From Tolypothrix carrinoi HA7290-LM1 (GTDB lineage: Bacteria; Cyanobacteriota; Cyanobacteriia; Cyanobacteriales; Nostocaceae): a stretch of 41,008 bases of DNA. The notes beneath the pieces are model-generated. The model searched no databases. It was not told where the DNA came from and was given only the letters and a program-made list of their open reading frames with translations. Below are positions 20,487 through 31,267 of this stretch, in pieces. The stretch lies in the NCBI GenBank assembly GCA_019358935.1, contig JAHHIK010000074.1:1-41008 (forward strand), written 5' to 3'. The translations under genes and the position numbers were made by a program. Every line of letters begins with the position of its first letter. Positions within the stretch are counted from its first letter, which is position 1.

Positions 20487-21326
20487 ATGATGGGGTTATT
20501 TGAGCAAAAGTGGACAGGGGTTGGAAAAGCATTTGCCATCGCTATGCTTAGTGCATTTATCGCAACTGCAATTATTTCCTGTGGTAACAACAAAAGTGTA
20601 TTGGTAACAGAAATAAAAATGAGTCCTCCAAACCGTCGAATTGGTACAGCATCGAAAGCTGGGGACTTTTATATTCAGGGGCAAAGTCAGCATGTAAAAG
20701 GAGACTCACAAGCAGCGATCGCATCTTTTACGCAAGCGATTAACCTTAATCCTAACTATGCCGAAGCTTACAATAGCCGAGGACTTGCTTACTTTGATTT
20801 GGGCAATAAACAGGGAGCGATCGCTGATTATAACGAAGCGATTCGTATCAATCCCAACTTTGCCGAACCGTATAATAACCGAGGAAACGCTCGTGCTTCT
20901 CAGGGAGACAGCAACAACGCGATCGCCGATTACACCGAAGCGATTCGGATTAATTCTAACTATGCTGAAGCTTACAATAACCGGGGAAATGCTCGTTCAG
21001 CCATGAAAGACATAAATGGAGCGATTGATGATTTCGATCAAGCGATTCTCCTTGATTCTAGATATGCCATAGCTTACAATAACCGGGGTAACGCCCGTGC
21101 TGCCAACGGAGATCCTCAAGCAGCGATCGCCGATTATAACGAAGCGATTCGCCTCAATCCCAACTTTGCCCCAGCTTACAACAACCGAGGCAACGCCCGC
21201 GCTGCAAATAACGACAAACAAGGAGCAAAAGCCGACTTGCAACGCGCTGCAACTATTTTTGAGCGAGAAAACAATCGAGAATTATACCAAGAAGTAATGA
21301 ACAATCTCAAAGAATTGGGGCAGTAG
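20487..21326 (+). CDS. TPR-repeat lipoprotein
   Basis: Lipobox-like AIISC and about 6 TPRs (AYNNRGNAR...AIADYNEAIRLNP). Confidence 0.9.
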   Translation: MMGLFEQKWTGVGKAFAIAMLSAFIATAIISCGNNKSVLVTEIKMSPPNRRIGTASKAGDFYIQGQSQHVKGDSQAAIASFTQAINLNPNYAEAYNSRGLAYFDLGNKQGAIADYNEAIRINPNFAEPYNNRGNARASQGDSNNAIADYTEAIRINSNYAEAYNNRGNARSAMKDINGAIDDFDQAILLDSRYAIAYNNRGNARAANGDPQAAIADYNEAIRLNPNFAPAYNNRGNARAANNDKQGAKADLQRAATIFERENNRELYQEVMNNLKELGQ

Positions 21327-21348
21327 AAGAAAGAATCATTTAGGAGTA

Positions 21349-23004
21349 TCAATCTTCAAGAACAGGAGTGCGGAGGTTTTCTATTAAAAGTTGAATTTCT
21401 GCTGGAGGAGGAGGAGTCAAGCGAGAAACTACCAAAGTCACAGCTAGGTTGATTAACATACCCAAGGTGCCAATTCCTTCTGGAGAAACTCCAAAAAACC
21501 AAGGTTCCACACCCGCAAACTTGACGCTGACGATGTAAATTATTGTGAAAATTAAACCGCTCAACATACCAGCGATCGCCCCATAAGAATTGGTGCGCTT
21601 GTCGAAAATTCCCAAGAAAATCACTGGAAAGAAGCTAGCAGCCGCCAAACCGAAAGCAAAAGCCACCACCTCACTGACAAATCCTGGCGGATTTACCCCA
21701 AAGTAGCCGGCAAGAACAAGGGAAAAACCTACCATGACGCGCCCAACAAACACCCGTTTTTCTTCTGAAGCTGTTGAATCTATCATACGGTAGTAGACAT
21801 CATGGGCGATAGAACTAGAAATTACTAGTAACAGACCTGATGCCGTAGACAAAGCAGCCGCCAATCCACCAGCTGCTACCAACGCAATCACCCAAGGAGC
21901 GAGTTTCGCCACTTCTGGGGTAGAAAGCACAATAATATCTCGGTCAATTTTAATTTCGTTGGTGTCTTTATTTGGAGTTAACTGAAGACGCCCATCCTTA
22001 TTTTTGTCATCAAAGGCTAGCAGTTCTGTTTTTTCCCATTTTCTCGCCCAGTCTAGCTGCTGCACTTCGGCAAGCGTATGATTGTGCAGAGAATCGATTA
22101 AGTTGTAGCGGGCAAACATCGAGAGTGCAGGAGCCGTAGTATAAAGAATAGCAATGAACAACAGCGCCCAACCAGCAGAGTAGCGTGCCGCACGTACACT
22201 CGGTACGGTGTAAAATCGGACGATAATATGGGGCAAGCCAGCAGTACCTACCATCAACGCAATCGTGGTGAACAGCACATCGAGCATCGACTTGTTGACA
22301 AATGGCTGAGTATACTCAGAAAACCCCAAGTCAACCTGGATTTTATTCAGCTTGTCGGCAACATCACTAAAGGTAAATGCCAGTTGGGGAACAAAATTAC
22401 CTGTAAGTAACCAGGCGATCGCTATAGCCGGAATTAAGTAAGCAAAAATCAAAACACAGTACTGTGCGACTTGCGTCCAGGTGATGCCTTTCATACCTCC
22501 CAGCACCGAAAAAAACCCGACAATCACCATGCCGATAATCACACCTGTATTAATATCTACTTGTAAGAAGCGACTGAAAACAATTCCTACGCCTCGCATT
22601 TGTCCAGCAACGTAGGTAAGAGAAATGAAAATTGCTGCAATTACTGCTACCAAACGAGCGACATTCGAGTAATAGCGATCGCCGACGAAATCCGGCACCG
22701 TATACTTGCCAAATTTCCGCAAATATGGAGCCAAAAGCAATGCTAACAGCACATATCCACCAGTCCAGCCCATCAGATAAATAGAACCGTCGTAGCCCAA
22801 AAAAGAAATCAGTCCTGCCATTGAAATAAACGAGGCTGCGGACATCCAATCAGCAGCAGTCGCTGCACCATTAGCGATTGAAGGTATACCTTGACCGGCA
22901 ACAAAAAAATCTTTAGTATCTCTGACTCGTGATTGCCAACCTATGTAAATATAGATGATAAAGGAGAGTCCAACTAACAAAATCGTCCAAATTTCAACTG
23001 ACAC
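21349..23004 (-). CDS. Sodium:solute symporter, ActP-like cation/acetate symporter
   Basis: ADWMSAASF, GKYTVPDF, GGMKGITWTQ and GTAGLPH motifs. Confidence 0.92.
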   Translation of the reverse strand: MSVEIWTILLVGLSFIIYIYIGWQSRVRDTKDFFVAGQGIPSIANGAATAADWMSAASFISMAGLISFLGYDGSIYLMGWTGGYVLLALLLAPYLRKFGKYTVPDFVGDRYYSNVARLVAVIAAIFISLTYVAGQMRGVGIVFSRFLQVDINTGVIIGMVIVGFFSVLGGMKGITWTQVAQYCVLIFAYLIPAIAIAWLLTGNFVPQLAFTFSDVADKLNKIQVDLGFSEYTQPFVNKSMLDVLFTTIALMVGTAGLPHIIVRFYTVPSVRAARYSAGWALLFIAILYTTAPALSMFARYNLIDSLHNHTLAEVQQLDWARKWEKTELLAFDDKNKDGRLQLTPNKDTNEIKIDRDIIVLSTPEVAKLAPWVIALVAAGGLAAALSTASGLLLVISSSIAHDVYYRMIDSTASEEKRVFVGRVMVGFSLVLAGYFGVNPPGFVSEVVAFAFGLAAASFFPVIFLGIFDKRTNSYGAIAGMLSGLIFTIIYIVSVKFAGVEPWFFGVSPEGIGTLGMLINLAVTLVVSRLTPPPPAEIQLLIENLRTPVLED

Positions 23005-23013
23005 AGATTTTCC

Positions 23014-23268
23014 TCACTTCTTGATATTATACTTGCGGTCTAGCTTATCCATTTGAAAGGCATAAATGAAAATTAATGCCACAAATATCAAAATTGATCC
23101 TTGCTGTGCCATCCAAAAACCAAAAGGTACACCAAAAAAGCGGATTGCATTTAATGGTTGAACCAACAAAATACTAAAAACTAAGGAAACCAATGCCCAG
23201 ACAATTAAAAGATTACGGATTAAAGCAGTATTAGCACGCCAATAAGACCGACGCTGATGTTCATCCAT
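23014..23268 (-). CDS. SSS-associated small membrane subunit (DUF4212 type)
   Basis: YWRAN...GFWMAQQGSI, two TM helices, directly upstream of the symporter. Confidence 0.88.
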   Translation of the reverse strand: MDEHQRRSYWRANTALIRNLLIVWALVSLVFSILLVQPLNAIRFFGVPFGFWMAQQGSILIFVALIFIYAFQMDKLDRKYNIKK

Positions 23269-23929
23269 TGTTTTTTCTCGTAAGTGCATCATAAACGAAA
23301 ATGACATAAATCATCACGCAACAATCATGTCTTGCGTTGCGTAAGAAGATTAGGTCAGATTTTCTCATTGAATAGCAATAATTTCAAATTTTCTTCAGAA
23401 TTCTTAGTTAATTTGCTGATTGTCTGGCGTTGCTGCTTGAAATGATAGGCGATAAAGCCCAACCTCACATAGAATTGGCATCAAATTCACTACAAAAATT
23501 GAAAATATGTTTTACACATACATCAATATTTTCATATTTTTACTACTTTAATAAATCATAATACTCGTATTAATACTTATAAGCAAGGAAATTTTTAATT
23601 AGAAAATTGTCTAAAAAAGTTATCAAATATACTAAATATTACAGTGGTAATTATTGTGAACAGCTGCGTAATATGTGTATTCATATACACATAGACAATC
23701 ACCGTTAAAAAGGTAAATTATGATACTTATTTGTATTTTTTACAGGTTCAGAGTCGGGATAGCTGCAATAAGGCGATCGCCTGAATCAGCACGAATCAAA
23801 GCCACAACTACATCAGGTAAAGCTGCTTGCAAGAAAAAGCTTAGATAAATAATGTATCAATTTTGTGTCAAGATGGAAAGGTTGCGACTGTTATTTATTA
23901 GTTAATATTTCTTCACGCTTATGGGTGTG

Positions 23930-24279
23930 GAAATGCCCCTTTTTTAGTTCATTATTTGGTTTACTGCTTTTGCTATAGGCGATCGCCTGCGAATCGCGTC
24001 AATATAATTACCATCATCTCCTCAACTCTTTAACAACAATTCCCCAAAAAACGTTTAAGTTTGGCGATTTGCTTATTGGCTTTGGGATATCTGGTGGCGA
24101 TCGGCTACGATATCTTGGGCTTTAGTTATATTGGACGTACTCTTGCGGCGAAAAAGATAGCTTTTACTAACTTTATAAGTTCTGTTTTTAGCAATACTAT
24201 CGGTTTTGCTTTAGTCACAGGTAGTGCTATCGGTTATCGATTTTACACAAGTTCGGGAGTTTCGTCTGCGGCAGTATAG
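23930..24279 (+). pseudogene. Remnant of lysylphosphatidylglycerol-synthase TM (UPF0104/MprF N-terminal-like) gene
   Basis: GYDILGFSYIG...SNTIGFALVTGSAIGYRFY resembles this family. The upstream portion is broken by stops/frameshifts and the C-terminal part is missing. Confidence 0.65.
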
Positions 24280-24472
24280 CATATCGCGCAGTTTAGTATT
24301 TCTTACCTTTGGTAGTAGCCGCAGGGTTACTGGGGTTGTATTAACTAAAGTACGGGAGAAAAATCATCAACAAAATGTAAAGTTTAGCTTTTGTGTGTCA
24401 GCTGATTCTGATAACTTAGTTACATAGCTTAATTTACAATGCCTTCAAAGCTTCTTTATTAATTATTTTATT

Positions 24473-26407
24473 ATGGCGCTTATAGTTCAGAAATACGGTG
24501 GCAGTTCAGTCGGTTCAGTTGAACGTATTCAAGCTGTGGCACAGCGCGTATACAAAACTGTGAAAGCCGGAAATTCTGTTGTTGTCGTGGTTTCAGCAAT
24601 GGGTAAAACCACCGATGGACTTGTCAAACTAGCGCACGAAATATCAAAAAATCCCAACCGTCGGGAAATGGATATGCTACTTTCGACAGGTGAGCAAGTA
24701 TCCATCGCCGTGGTAAGTATGGCATTGGATGAACTCGGACAGCCAGCGATTTCTCTCACCGGGGCGCAAGTAGGAATTGTTACCGAAGCCGAACACACCC
24801 GCGCCCGAATTTTGGATATCAAAACCGATCGCCTAAAACGCCACCTCCAAGAAGGCAAAGTAGTTGTTGTAGCCGGATTTCAAGGCATATCCAGCTTGGA
24901 AGAATGGGAAATTACAACTTTGGGGCGTGGCGGTTCCGACACTTCAGCAGTAGCTTTGGCAGCAGCATTACGAGCAGATTTTTGTGAAATTTATACAGAT
25001 GTGCCAGGTATTTTAACTACAGACCCGCGTTTAGTTCCTGAGGCACAGTTGATGGAGGAAATTACCTCAGATGAAATGTTGGAACTTGCCAGCTTAGGCG
25101 CAAAAGTGCTGCATCCCCGTGCTGTGGAAATTGCCCGCAATTACGGCGTTCCCCTCGTGGTACGCTCAAGCTGGACAGATCAACCGGGTACTTGGGTAAC
25201 TTCCCCTAAACCACAAGAGCGATCGCTTCTGAATTTAGAAATTGCCCGTCAGGTCGATAATGTTCAATTCGATACCGAACAAGCAAAAGTAGCTTTATTG
25301 CGCGTACCAGATAAACCAGGCGTGGCAGCGCGGTTATTTGGAGAAATTGCCCGTCAAAATGTCGATGTAGACTTGATTATTCAGTCAATACACGAAGGCA
25401 ATACAAATGACATCGCCTTTACCGTAACAACGCCGATATTGAAGCGTGCGGAAGCCGTAGCAGCAGCGATCGCCCCAGCACTGCGAAGTCAAAATGGTGC
25501 ATCGACAGAAGCCGAAGTCATGGTACAGCAGCAAATCGCCAAAATCAGCATTTCCGGGGCAGGAATGATTGGGCGTCCCGGCGTCGCGGCTCAAATGTTC
25601 ATCACGCTAGCGGAAGCTGGCGTTAACATCCAGATGATATCTACTAGCGAAGTGAAAGTAAGTTGCGTAGTTGACACCGCACAATGCGATCGCGCTGTTG
25701 CCGCACTTCGGGAGGTGTTTGAGATAGAGGATGAGGAGACAGGGGGACAGGGAGACAAGGAGACAAGGGGACAAGGGGGACTCCTTGGAGGACAAGGAGG
25801 ACAAGGAAGACAAGGAGGAATTTCTTCCTTATCCTCCCCCTCTCCCTTGTCTCCCTTGTCCCCCCCCTCCCCCCCTCTCCCCCTCCCCCTCTCCCCCCAT
25901 CCCCCCGTCCGAGGTGTCGCTTTAGACATGAACCAAGCGCGTCTGGCAATTCGTCAACTACCAGATCGTCCGGGGATGGCAGCGAAGTTGTTCGGACTAT
26001 TAGCGCAGCACAATATTAGTGTAGATATGATTATCCAATCTCAGCGCTGCCGGGTAGTTGATGGTGTTCCCAGACGAGATATAGCCTTCACCGTTGCGAG
26101 GATGGATGGAGAAGCGGCAAAGAAAATGCTGCAACAAGCAGCGTCAGAATTTGGCTGGGGTGAAATTGTTTTGGATAATGCGATCGCCAAAGTGAGTATT
26201 GTTGGTGCAGGTATGGTGGGACAACCAGGAGTTGCAGCGAAAATGTTTGAGGCGATCGCCCTTCACCAAATTAACATTCAAATGATTGCCACCTCAGAAA
26301 TTAAAATTAGCTGTGTCGTCGATCAAGAACAAGGTGTTAAAGCTTTGCAAGTTATCCACGCTGCCTTTGGACTTGCAGGAAGCGAAAAATTCGTAGTGCC
26401 GGCGTAA
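24473..26407 (+). CDS. lysC: Aspartate kinase with four ACT domains and an in-frame repeat insertion
   Basis: [18 protein letters not shown] and YTDVPG motifs plus ACT repeats. Confidence 0.96.
   Translation: MALIVQKYGGSSVGSVERIQAVAQRVYKTVKAGNSVVVVVSAMGKTTDGLVKLAHEISKNPNRREMDMLLSTGEQVSIAVVSMALDELGQPAISLTGAQVGIVTEAEHTRARILDIKTDRLKRHLQEGKVVVVAGFQGISSLEEWEITTLGRGGSDTSAVALAAALRADFCEIYTDVPGILTTDPRLVPEAQLMEEITSDEMLELASLGAKVLHPRAVEIARNYGVPLVVRSSWTDQPGTWVTSPKPQERSLLNLEIARQVDNVQFDTEQAKVALLRVPDKPGVAARLFGEIARQNVDVDLIIQSIHEGNTNDIAFTVTTPILKRAEAVAAAIAPALRSQNGASTEAEVMVQQQIAKISISGAGMIGRPGVAAQMFITLAEAGVNIQMISTSEVKVSCVVDTAQCDRAVAALREVFEIEDEETGGQGDKETRGQGGLLGGQGGQGRQGGISSLSSPSPLSPLSPPSPPLPLPLSPHPPVRGVALDMNQARLAIRQLPDRPGMAAKLFGLLAQHNISVDMIIQSQRCRVVDGVPRRDIAFTVARMDGEAAKKMLQQAASEFGWGEIVLDNAIAKVSIVGAGMVGQPGVAAKMFEAIALHQINIQMIATSEIKISCVVDQEQGVKALQVIHAAFGLAGSEKFVVPA
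25727..25900. repeat. In-frame G-rich/C-rich repeat hairpin in lysC
   Basis: GGACAAGGA-type units followed by CCCTCTCC units. It encodes a G/Q-rich then S/P-rich linker. Confidence 0.85.
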
Positions 26408-26440
26408 TTTTAGCAGGGAAATAAATTATCACCAACCGTC

Positions 26441-26470
26441 GTAGAGACTTTCCGGCGTCACGTCTCTACA
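26441..26470. repeat. GTAGAGAC REP palindrome
   Basis: GTAGAGAC...GTCTCTAC, the same family as 5324, 20258 and 40169. Confidence 0.7.
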
Positions 26471-26631
26471 AGGTGCAATGTTTTTATTACTATTAATTTA
26501 ACGGGCATAATATGACACAAAAGCGATAAGATATTCCTAAATATCACACAAATTAAAAAACCGTGGCTGCTGAGAGCTAACCACGGTGGAAAAATGTATT
26601 TAATTATCTAATTTCCAATACCTACACTTAA

Positions 26632-27360
26632 TTAATCGCGGCTATTAACGGCAATTAGCAACCGCAAGATAAAGACGAACAAATTGATGTAGGTAAGGTA
26701 CATCGACAAAGCCGCAGGCAGATATTGCTCATCGCTGTAGGTGCGCGGCAAGATGTAGAAATCAACTACAGATGCACCAACAAATAAAAGCACACCCAGC
26801 CCGGAAATGGCAATTTCTAACCAATTTGGCGTGTAAACACCGAACAACGACAACCCGAATTGTGCTAGGCAAACAACCACCAAGGCAATAACGCCTAAAC
26901 TGATAGTTTTAGTCAAAGCCATGCCGTCTGAGTCAGAGAGATTTGAACCGACTTGACGGGCGGCAATAAAGGTGATACCACAACCAAGGGCTGCTATACC
27001 GATTCCTTGAATGCCAACTCCTTCGGTTCTCAAGGCGAGATAAATCAAGCCACTAAGGGTATACCCCGATAGGAGGCTGTAGGTGGCTAGCAAGGGCAGC
27101 GCAACGGCTTTGTTGCCTTTTTCAGCAACGTTTTGGGCAACAAAGAACAGAATTAATTCCAGGATAACCGCACCAATTACGGTAGGCATGAATAGTCCGG
27201 GGTTGGTACGGATGACTCCCAAACCACCGTAAGCTGCCAGTGCCGTTAAGACCAGTCCACCACCAACGTAGGGAAGGGCATTGGCAATTACATTTGGACC
27301 GATGAGCGCTTGATTTTTAGCCTCACGGAAAGCGTTACGAAAATTGCTGGTATTGCTCAT
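26632..27360 (-). CDS. Bax inhibitor-1/YccA family membrane protein
   Basis: Seven TM segments and C-terminal ALSMYLTYINLF. Confidence 0.88.
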   Translation of the reverse strand: MSNTSNFRNAFREAKNQALIGPNVIANALPYVGGGLVLTALAAYGGLGVIRTNPGLFMPTVIGAVILELILFFVAQNVAEKGNKAVALPLLATYSLLSGYTLSGLIYLALRTEGVGIQGIGIAALGCGITFIAARQVGSNLSDSDGMALTKTISLGVIALVVVCLAQFGLSLFGVYTPNWLEIAISGLGVLLFVGASVVDFYILPRTYSDEQYLPAALSMYLTYINLFVFILRLLIAVNSRD

Positions 27361-27667
27361 ATTTCACAACTAATTTTTTAGAAAAACAGTGCTGCTTCCT
27401 TCTATTTTGAACCATATCAAGAGAGCTATGTGATTTCACAAATGGGGGAATTCCTCACTTGATTTATATCAAGTCAAAATAGCCGGAAACAGATAGCGGC
27501 GCAAAACATATGCGTGTAAATACTGATGCCTAAAGTTAGACCCCTCACAAGTTCAGTATAACGACGATGGTTTATTCAGCCCCATCTAAGGAAAATAATT
27601 ACAGCTTTGATGAAAATTTACGCAACTCCAATTTTTCAGAAAAAGGAGTTACTAGAAAGGAATTTAT

Positions 27668-28450
27668 ATGGTAGCATGTCAGTCCTCTCTGCGGTCTGAT
27701 GGTATCGAGTTATTGCACTTATACCACCAGAATCCTTCTATTAAACTTCGTAATCAACTTGTACAGTTACATACTGGCTTAGTGCGTAAGATGGCTCATA
27801 AATTCAGCCATCAATGTAATGAACCTTATGAAGATTTAGAACAAATCGGTTATTTCGGTTTAATCAGGGCAATTGAGCGATTCGATCCCAGTCAAGGATA
27901 TGCTTTTAGTTCGTTTGCTGTGCCCTACATTCGTGGAGAAATGCTGCACTTTTTGCGCGATCGCAGTACTCTATTAAAGATACCCCGTCGCTGGCAAGAA
28001 CTCTACAATGAAGGACAAAAAGTCCGCAAGGAATTATCAATATCTTTAGGTCGTCCTCCGAAAGATTCGGAAATTGCCAACATACTCAAAGTATCTGTCC
28101 AAGAATGGCAAGAAACTAAATTAGCGGCTCAAAATCGGCTGCCTTTGAGCTTAGATGCTACCGCAGTTCACTATGTTGATTGCCAAATAACTTTAGGTGA
28201 AGCGCTTCCCTGTCCCCGTTCTACGGCTTTTCAACAACTAGAAGAAGAACGCCAACAACTGCAAGGGGCAATAAATATGTTAGAAGAAAAGCCCCGCTTG
28301 GCTGTTGAATTAGTCTTTTTAAAAGAACTTTCTCGCAAAGATGCCGCCAAGAAAATCGGCACTAGTCCAATGACAGTAACGCGATATCTCCAAAAGGGAG
28401 TTCAGGATTTAATGTGTTTCTTACAACCAGCAATTGCGACTGGATCTTGA
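27668..28450 (+). CDS. sigJ: Group 3 (SigF/SigJ-type) RNA polymerase sigma factor, likely SigJ
   Basis: RNQLV, EDLEQIGYFGLIRAIERFDP, FSSFAVPYIRGEM and a region-4 HTH. The sigJ assignment rests on recalled similarity and synteny and is unverified. Confidence 0.75.
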   Translation: MVACQSSLRSDGIELLHLYHQNPSIKLRNQLVQLHTGLVRKMAHKFSHQCNEPYEDLEQIGYFGLIRAIERFDPSQGYAFSSFAVPYIRGEMLHFLRDRSTLLKIPRRWQELYNEGQKVRKELSISLGRPPKDSEIANILKVSVQEWQETKLAAQNRLPLSLDATAVHYVDCQITLGEALPCPRSTAFQQLEEERQQLQGAINMLEEKPRLAVELVFLKELSRKDAAKKIGTSPMTVTRYLQKGVQDLMCFLQPAIATGS

Positions 28451-28470
28451 TGTTTTTATTAGGAAGCAGA

Positions 28471-28524
28471 GGAGATGAGGGAGATGAGGGAGATGAGGGA
28501 GATAGGGGAGATGGGAGAGATGAG
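28471..28524 (+). repeat. Six GGAGATGAG-type 9-mer units (left arm)
   Basis: Three perfect and three degenerate units; the last contains the ATG of the next gene. Confidence 0.9.
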
Positions 28525-28936
28525 TAGAAAAATTATTAAAGACCATAAGGATTTAGAAGTTTATAAAATGGCTTTTGATTCAGCCATGAAGATTTTTGAA
28601 ATATCTAAACAGTTCCCAATAGAGGAGCGTTACTCACTAACTGATCAGATTCGTAGGTCTGACGCTCGAAGACTCGCTAACGCTTCGCTATCACGTTCAA
28701 TTTGTGCTAATTTTGCTGAGGGATGGCGTAAAAGAAGATATCAAGCTGCCTTTGTAGCTAAATTGAGTGACTGTGAAGCAGAATCAGCGGAAACTCAAAC
28801 TTGGATTGAGTTCGCTGTAAAGTGCAAATACATGGATGTTGAAATCGGTCGAGAACTCTATGGTACATACAACCAAGTTTTAAGCGGTTTAGTACACATA
28901 ATTAACAACCCGTCACCTTGGCTAATTAAGCGTTAA
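28520..28936 (+). CDS. Four helix bundle protein (23S rRNA IVP/TIGR02436/Avd-like family)
   Basis: HKDLEVYK, FPIEERYSLTDQIRRS..SRSICANFAEG and ETQTWIE motifs, with a 10-aa insertion. Confidence 0.9.
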   Translation: MSRKIIKDHKDLEVYKMAFDSAMKIFEISKQFPIEERYSLTDQIRRSDARRLANASLSRSICANFAEGWRKRRYQAAFVAKLSDCEAESAETQTWIEFAVKCKYMDVEIGRELYGTYNQVLSGLVHIINNPSPWLIKR

Positions 28937-29027
28937 CCTCCCCCTCATCTCCCTCATCTCCCTCATCTCCACGCCAGTCGCCTCAACGGAGGGAACCTCC
29001 GCACAGCGCTGGCTCCTCATCCCCCCA
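28937..29027. repeat. CTCATCTCC x3 (right arm, complement of left arm) plus 46-nt small dispersed repeat
   Basis: Perfect units at 28944-28970; element at 28971-29016. Confidence 0.9.
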
Positions 29028-29033
29028 CTTTAC

Positions 29034-31169
29034 TTATCTAGACTTTAAATCTGCGATCGCTCCTTTTGTCATAGCAGCAATGGCTTTATCAGTCGCTTTC
29101 GGCAAATGATAATATTTACCTCCTGAAGTATGAGCTAATTCCTTGGCAAAGCCAGTGGAAACAAATTTACTTTCAGTATCAATCATCAATAACTGCATCC
29201 CCAAAGCACGCATTCTGGCGGCAATTTCTAATAATTCCGCTTTGATATCCGGCTTTTCTCCAGGTTCTTGAGGTTCCCCTAAAGAACGAGATAAGGGAAT
29301 ATTCCCACGTCCATCAGTTATCGCTACAATCACAACTTGTCCAATATCTCCACTCATTTGAGCATTCAACCCAACCCGCACAGCTTGACTTAAACCATGC
29401 GCTAACGGTGAACCACCACCACAAGGTAATCTTTCCAAACGGTTACGCGCTAAGGCAATAGAGCGGGTTGGAGGCAATAATACCTCAGCTTGTTCCCCCC
29501 GGAAGGGAATCAACGCCACTTGGTCGCGGTTTTGATAAGCTTCTGTTAAAAGTTGCATTACCGCACCTTTAGCTGACTGCATCCGGTTCAGTGCCATTGA
29601 CCCAGAAGCATCGACTACAAATATTACCAACGCCCCGGCTTTACGTACCAACCGCTTCGACCGAATATCTGCCTGTTCGACAAATACCCGCTTTTGTGGG
29701 GAGTGGGGAGTGGGGGAGAGGGGGGGAGTGGGAGAGGGGGAGAGGGGGGGAGTGGGAGAGGGGGAGGACAAGGAAGAAATTCCCCCTTGTCCCCCATGTC
29801 CCCCATGTCCCCCAGTCCCCGTGTCTCCGTGTCTCCCACACCTCTCCCGGCGTGCCTTTTGATACGGTGCAGCGGCTCTCAGGGTGGCATCTACGGCGAT
29901 GCGTCGCACTTTTCCTTTGGGTATCATCGGCTTAATGTAGCGTCCCCGGTCTTCAGACAGAATTAAGCTGCGACTGCCAGATTTACCCATGCGCTGTGCC
30001 ATTTGAGCAAAATAAAGCACGCTGGGATCGAGAATTACACCTTCGGGATCAAAGATGAATTCTTCGGGAATGCTGGGTGGTTCTTGTTGTTCTTGTTCTT
30101 CTTGTTCGTCTTCTTCCTCTTCTTGTTCGGACTCGTCTTGATTTTCTGGTGGTGGGGGTGGTGGAGGGGGTGGAGGTGGTTGTTGTTCGGGTGGTGTCTG
30201 CAACACCGTTGCTCGTGGTACAATTACTAGCTCCACTGCACGGCGTAAATCTTCGGCATTTACTGTGGTGCGTCCATCCAAAGCCGCAGATGCTTTAGCT
30301 ACGCGCATGGCGAATAATTCGGCGCGATGTCCTTGGACTGCCCCACGAATTGCTTCATCTACGAGGTAGGCGATTTGTTCGTGGGTGATGCTTGTATCTT
30401 TGAGCCATTCCCGTGCGAGGAGGATTTGAGTTTTCAGGTTATCGATGTCTTCGTTGTATTGCTGAAGAAATTCTTGGGGAGATTTAGAATAGGCGATCGC
30501 TTGTTCTACGGCTTCGACTCTTTGATCTAATCCGAGTACGCCGTCAGCCGAAAGTGCGATCGCTATTCTATCAAGCAAATGTTCTCGCAGCGCTCCTTCT
30601 TCTGGGTTATAAGTCGCAATAAACAGCGGTTTGCTCGGATGCTGAAAACTAATACCTTCCCGCTCTATTCGGTTGCGTCCGTCAGATAATACTGTTAAAA
30701 GCTGGTTGCTGATTTGGTCATCTAATAAATTAATTTCATCCACATACAGCACACCTCGGTTAGCTGCTGCGAGCAAACCTGGCTGAAATACCGTTTCCCC
30801 TTGTTTTACCGACTGTTCCACATCCACAGAACCCAAAAGTCGGTCTTCAGTCACTCCTAGAGGAATTTGCACAAAGGGTGCGGGGATGATTTCGGTTTCT
30901 ATTGTCTCTTCAGCTTCTGAGCGAAGCTTATCATCCCATTCTTCTGGGCGATTGGGATCGCAATTGCTCAATCCACCTTTAACTATTTCAATCGGTGGAA
31001 TTAGAGCATGGATAGCACGAGCCATCACAGATTTTGCCGTACCGCGACGACCTGCGATCGCTACTCCTCCTAACTCCGGATCGACCGCAGCTAGCAGCAA
31101 CGCTAGTTTAATTGCTTCTTGACCGACGACAGCAGTCAGCGGAAAGGCAGTAATTGTAGGCGCAGGCAT
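29034..31169 (-). CDS. chlD: Magnesium chelatase subunit D
   Basis: AAA+ domain ([16 protein letters not shown]), Pro/acidic linker and vWA MIDAS DASGSM. Confidence 0.96.
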   Translation of the reverse strand: MPAPTITAFPLTAVVGQEAIKLALLLAAVDPELGGVAIAGRRGTAKSVMARAIHALIPPIEIVKGGLSNCDPNRPEEWDDKLRSEAEETIETEIIPAPFVQIPLGVTEDRLLGSVDVEQSVKQGETVFQPGLLAAANRGVLYVDEINLLDDQISNQLLTVLSDGRNRIEREGISFQHPSKPLFIATYNPEEGALREHLLDRIAIALSADGVLGLDQRVEAVEQAIAYSKSPQEFLQQYNEDIDNLKTQILLAREWLKDTSITHEQIAYLVDEAIRGAVQGHRAELFAMRVAKASAALDGRTTVNAEDLRRAVELVIVPRATVLQTPPEQQPPPPPPPPPPPENQDESEQEEEEDEQEEQEQQEPPSIPEEFIFDPEGVILDPSVLYFAQMAQRMGKSGSRSLILSEDRGRYIKPMIPKGKVRRIAVDATLRAAAPYQKARRERCGRHGDTGTGGHGGHGGQGGISSLSSPSPTPPLSPSPTPPLSPTPHSPQKRVFVEQADIRSKRLVRKAGALVIFVVDASGSMALNRMQSAKGAVMQLLTEAYQNRDQVALIPFRGEQAEVLLPPTRSIALARNRLERLPCGGGSPLAHGLSQAVRVGLNAQMSGDIGQVVIVAITDGRGNIPLSRSLGEPQEPGEKPDIKAELLEIAARMRALGMQLLMIDTESKFVSTGFAKELAHTSGGKYYHLPKATDKAIAAMTKGAIADLKSR
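29696..29840. repeat. In-frame G-rich/C-rich repeat hairpin in chlD
   Basis: Encodes [34 protein letters not shown]... and shares a 38-nt core with the lysC insertion. Confidence 0.85.
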
Positions 31170-31267
31170 GATTTGCACATTTTAGCTTGTCTCGGCTTTT
31201 AGCATATCAATTTCTGGCACATTTATAATAAGTCTTATCTTGCAAGTTTCTTTTAGGAGCAAAATGT

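Noticed and set aside
20750..21210. Near-identical ~102-bp DNA repeats
   Set aside because: They are explained by 34-aa TPR repeats.
28520..28936. Diversity-generating retroelement (Avd-like gene)
   Set aside because: There is no reverse transcriptase and no TR/VR pair with adenine-specific mismatches in the window.
30080..30195. Poly-Pro/acidic low-complexity tract in chlD as an insertion
   Set aside because: It is the normal ChlD linker between the AAA+ and vWA domains.
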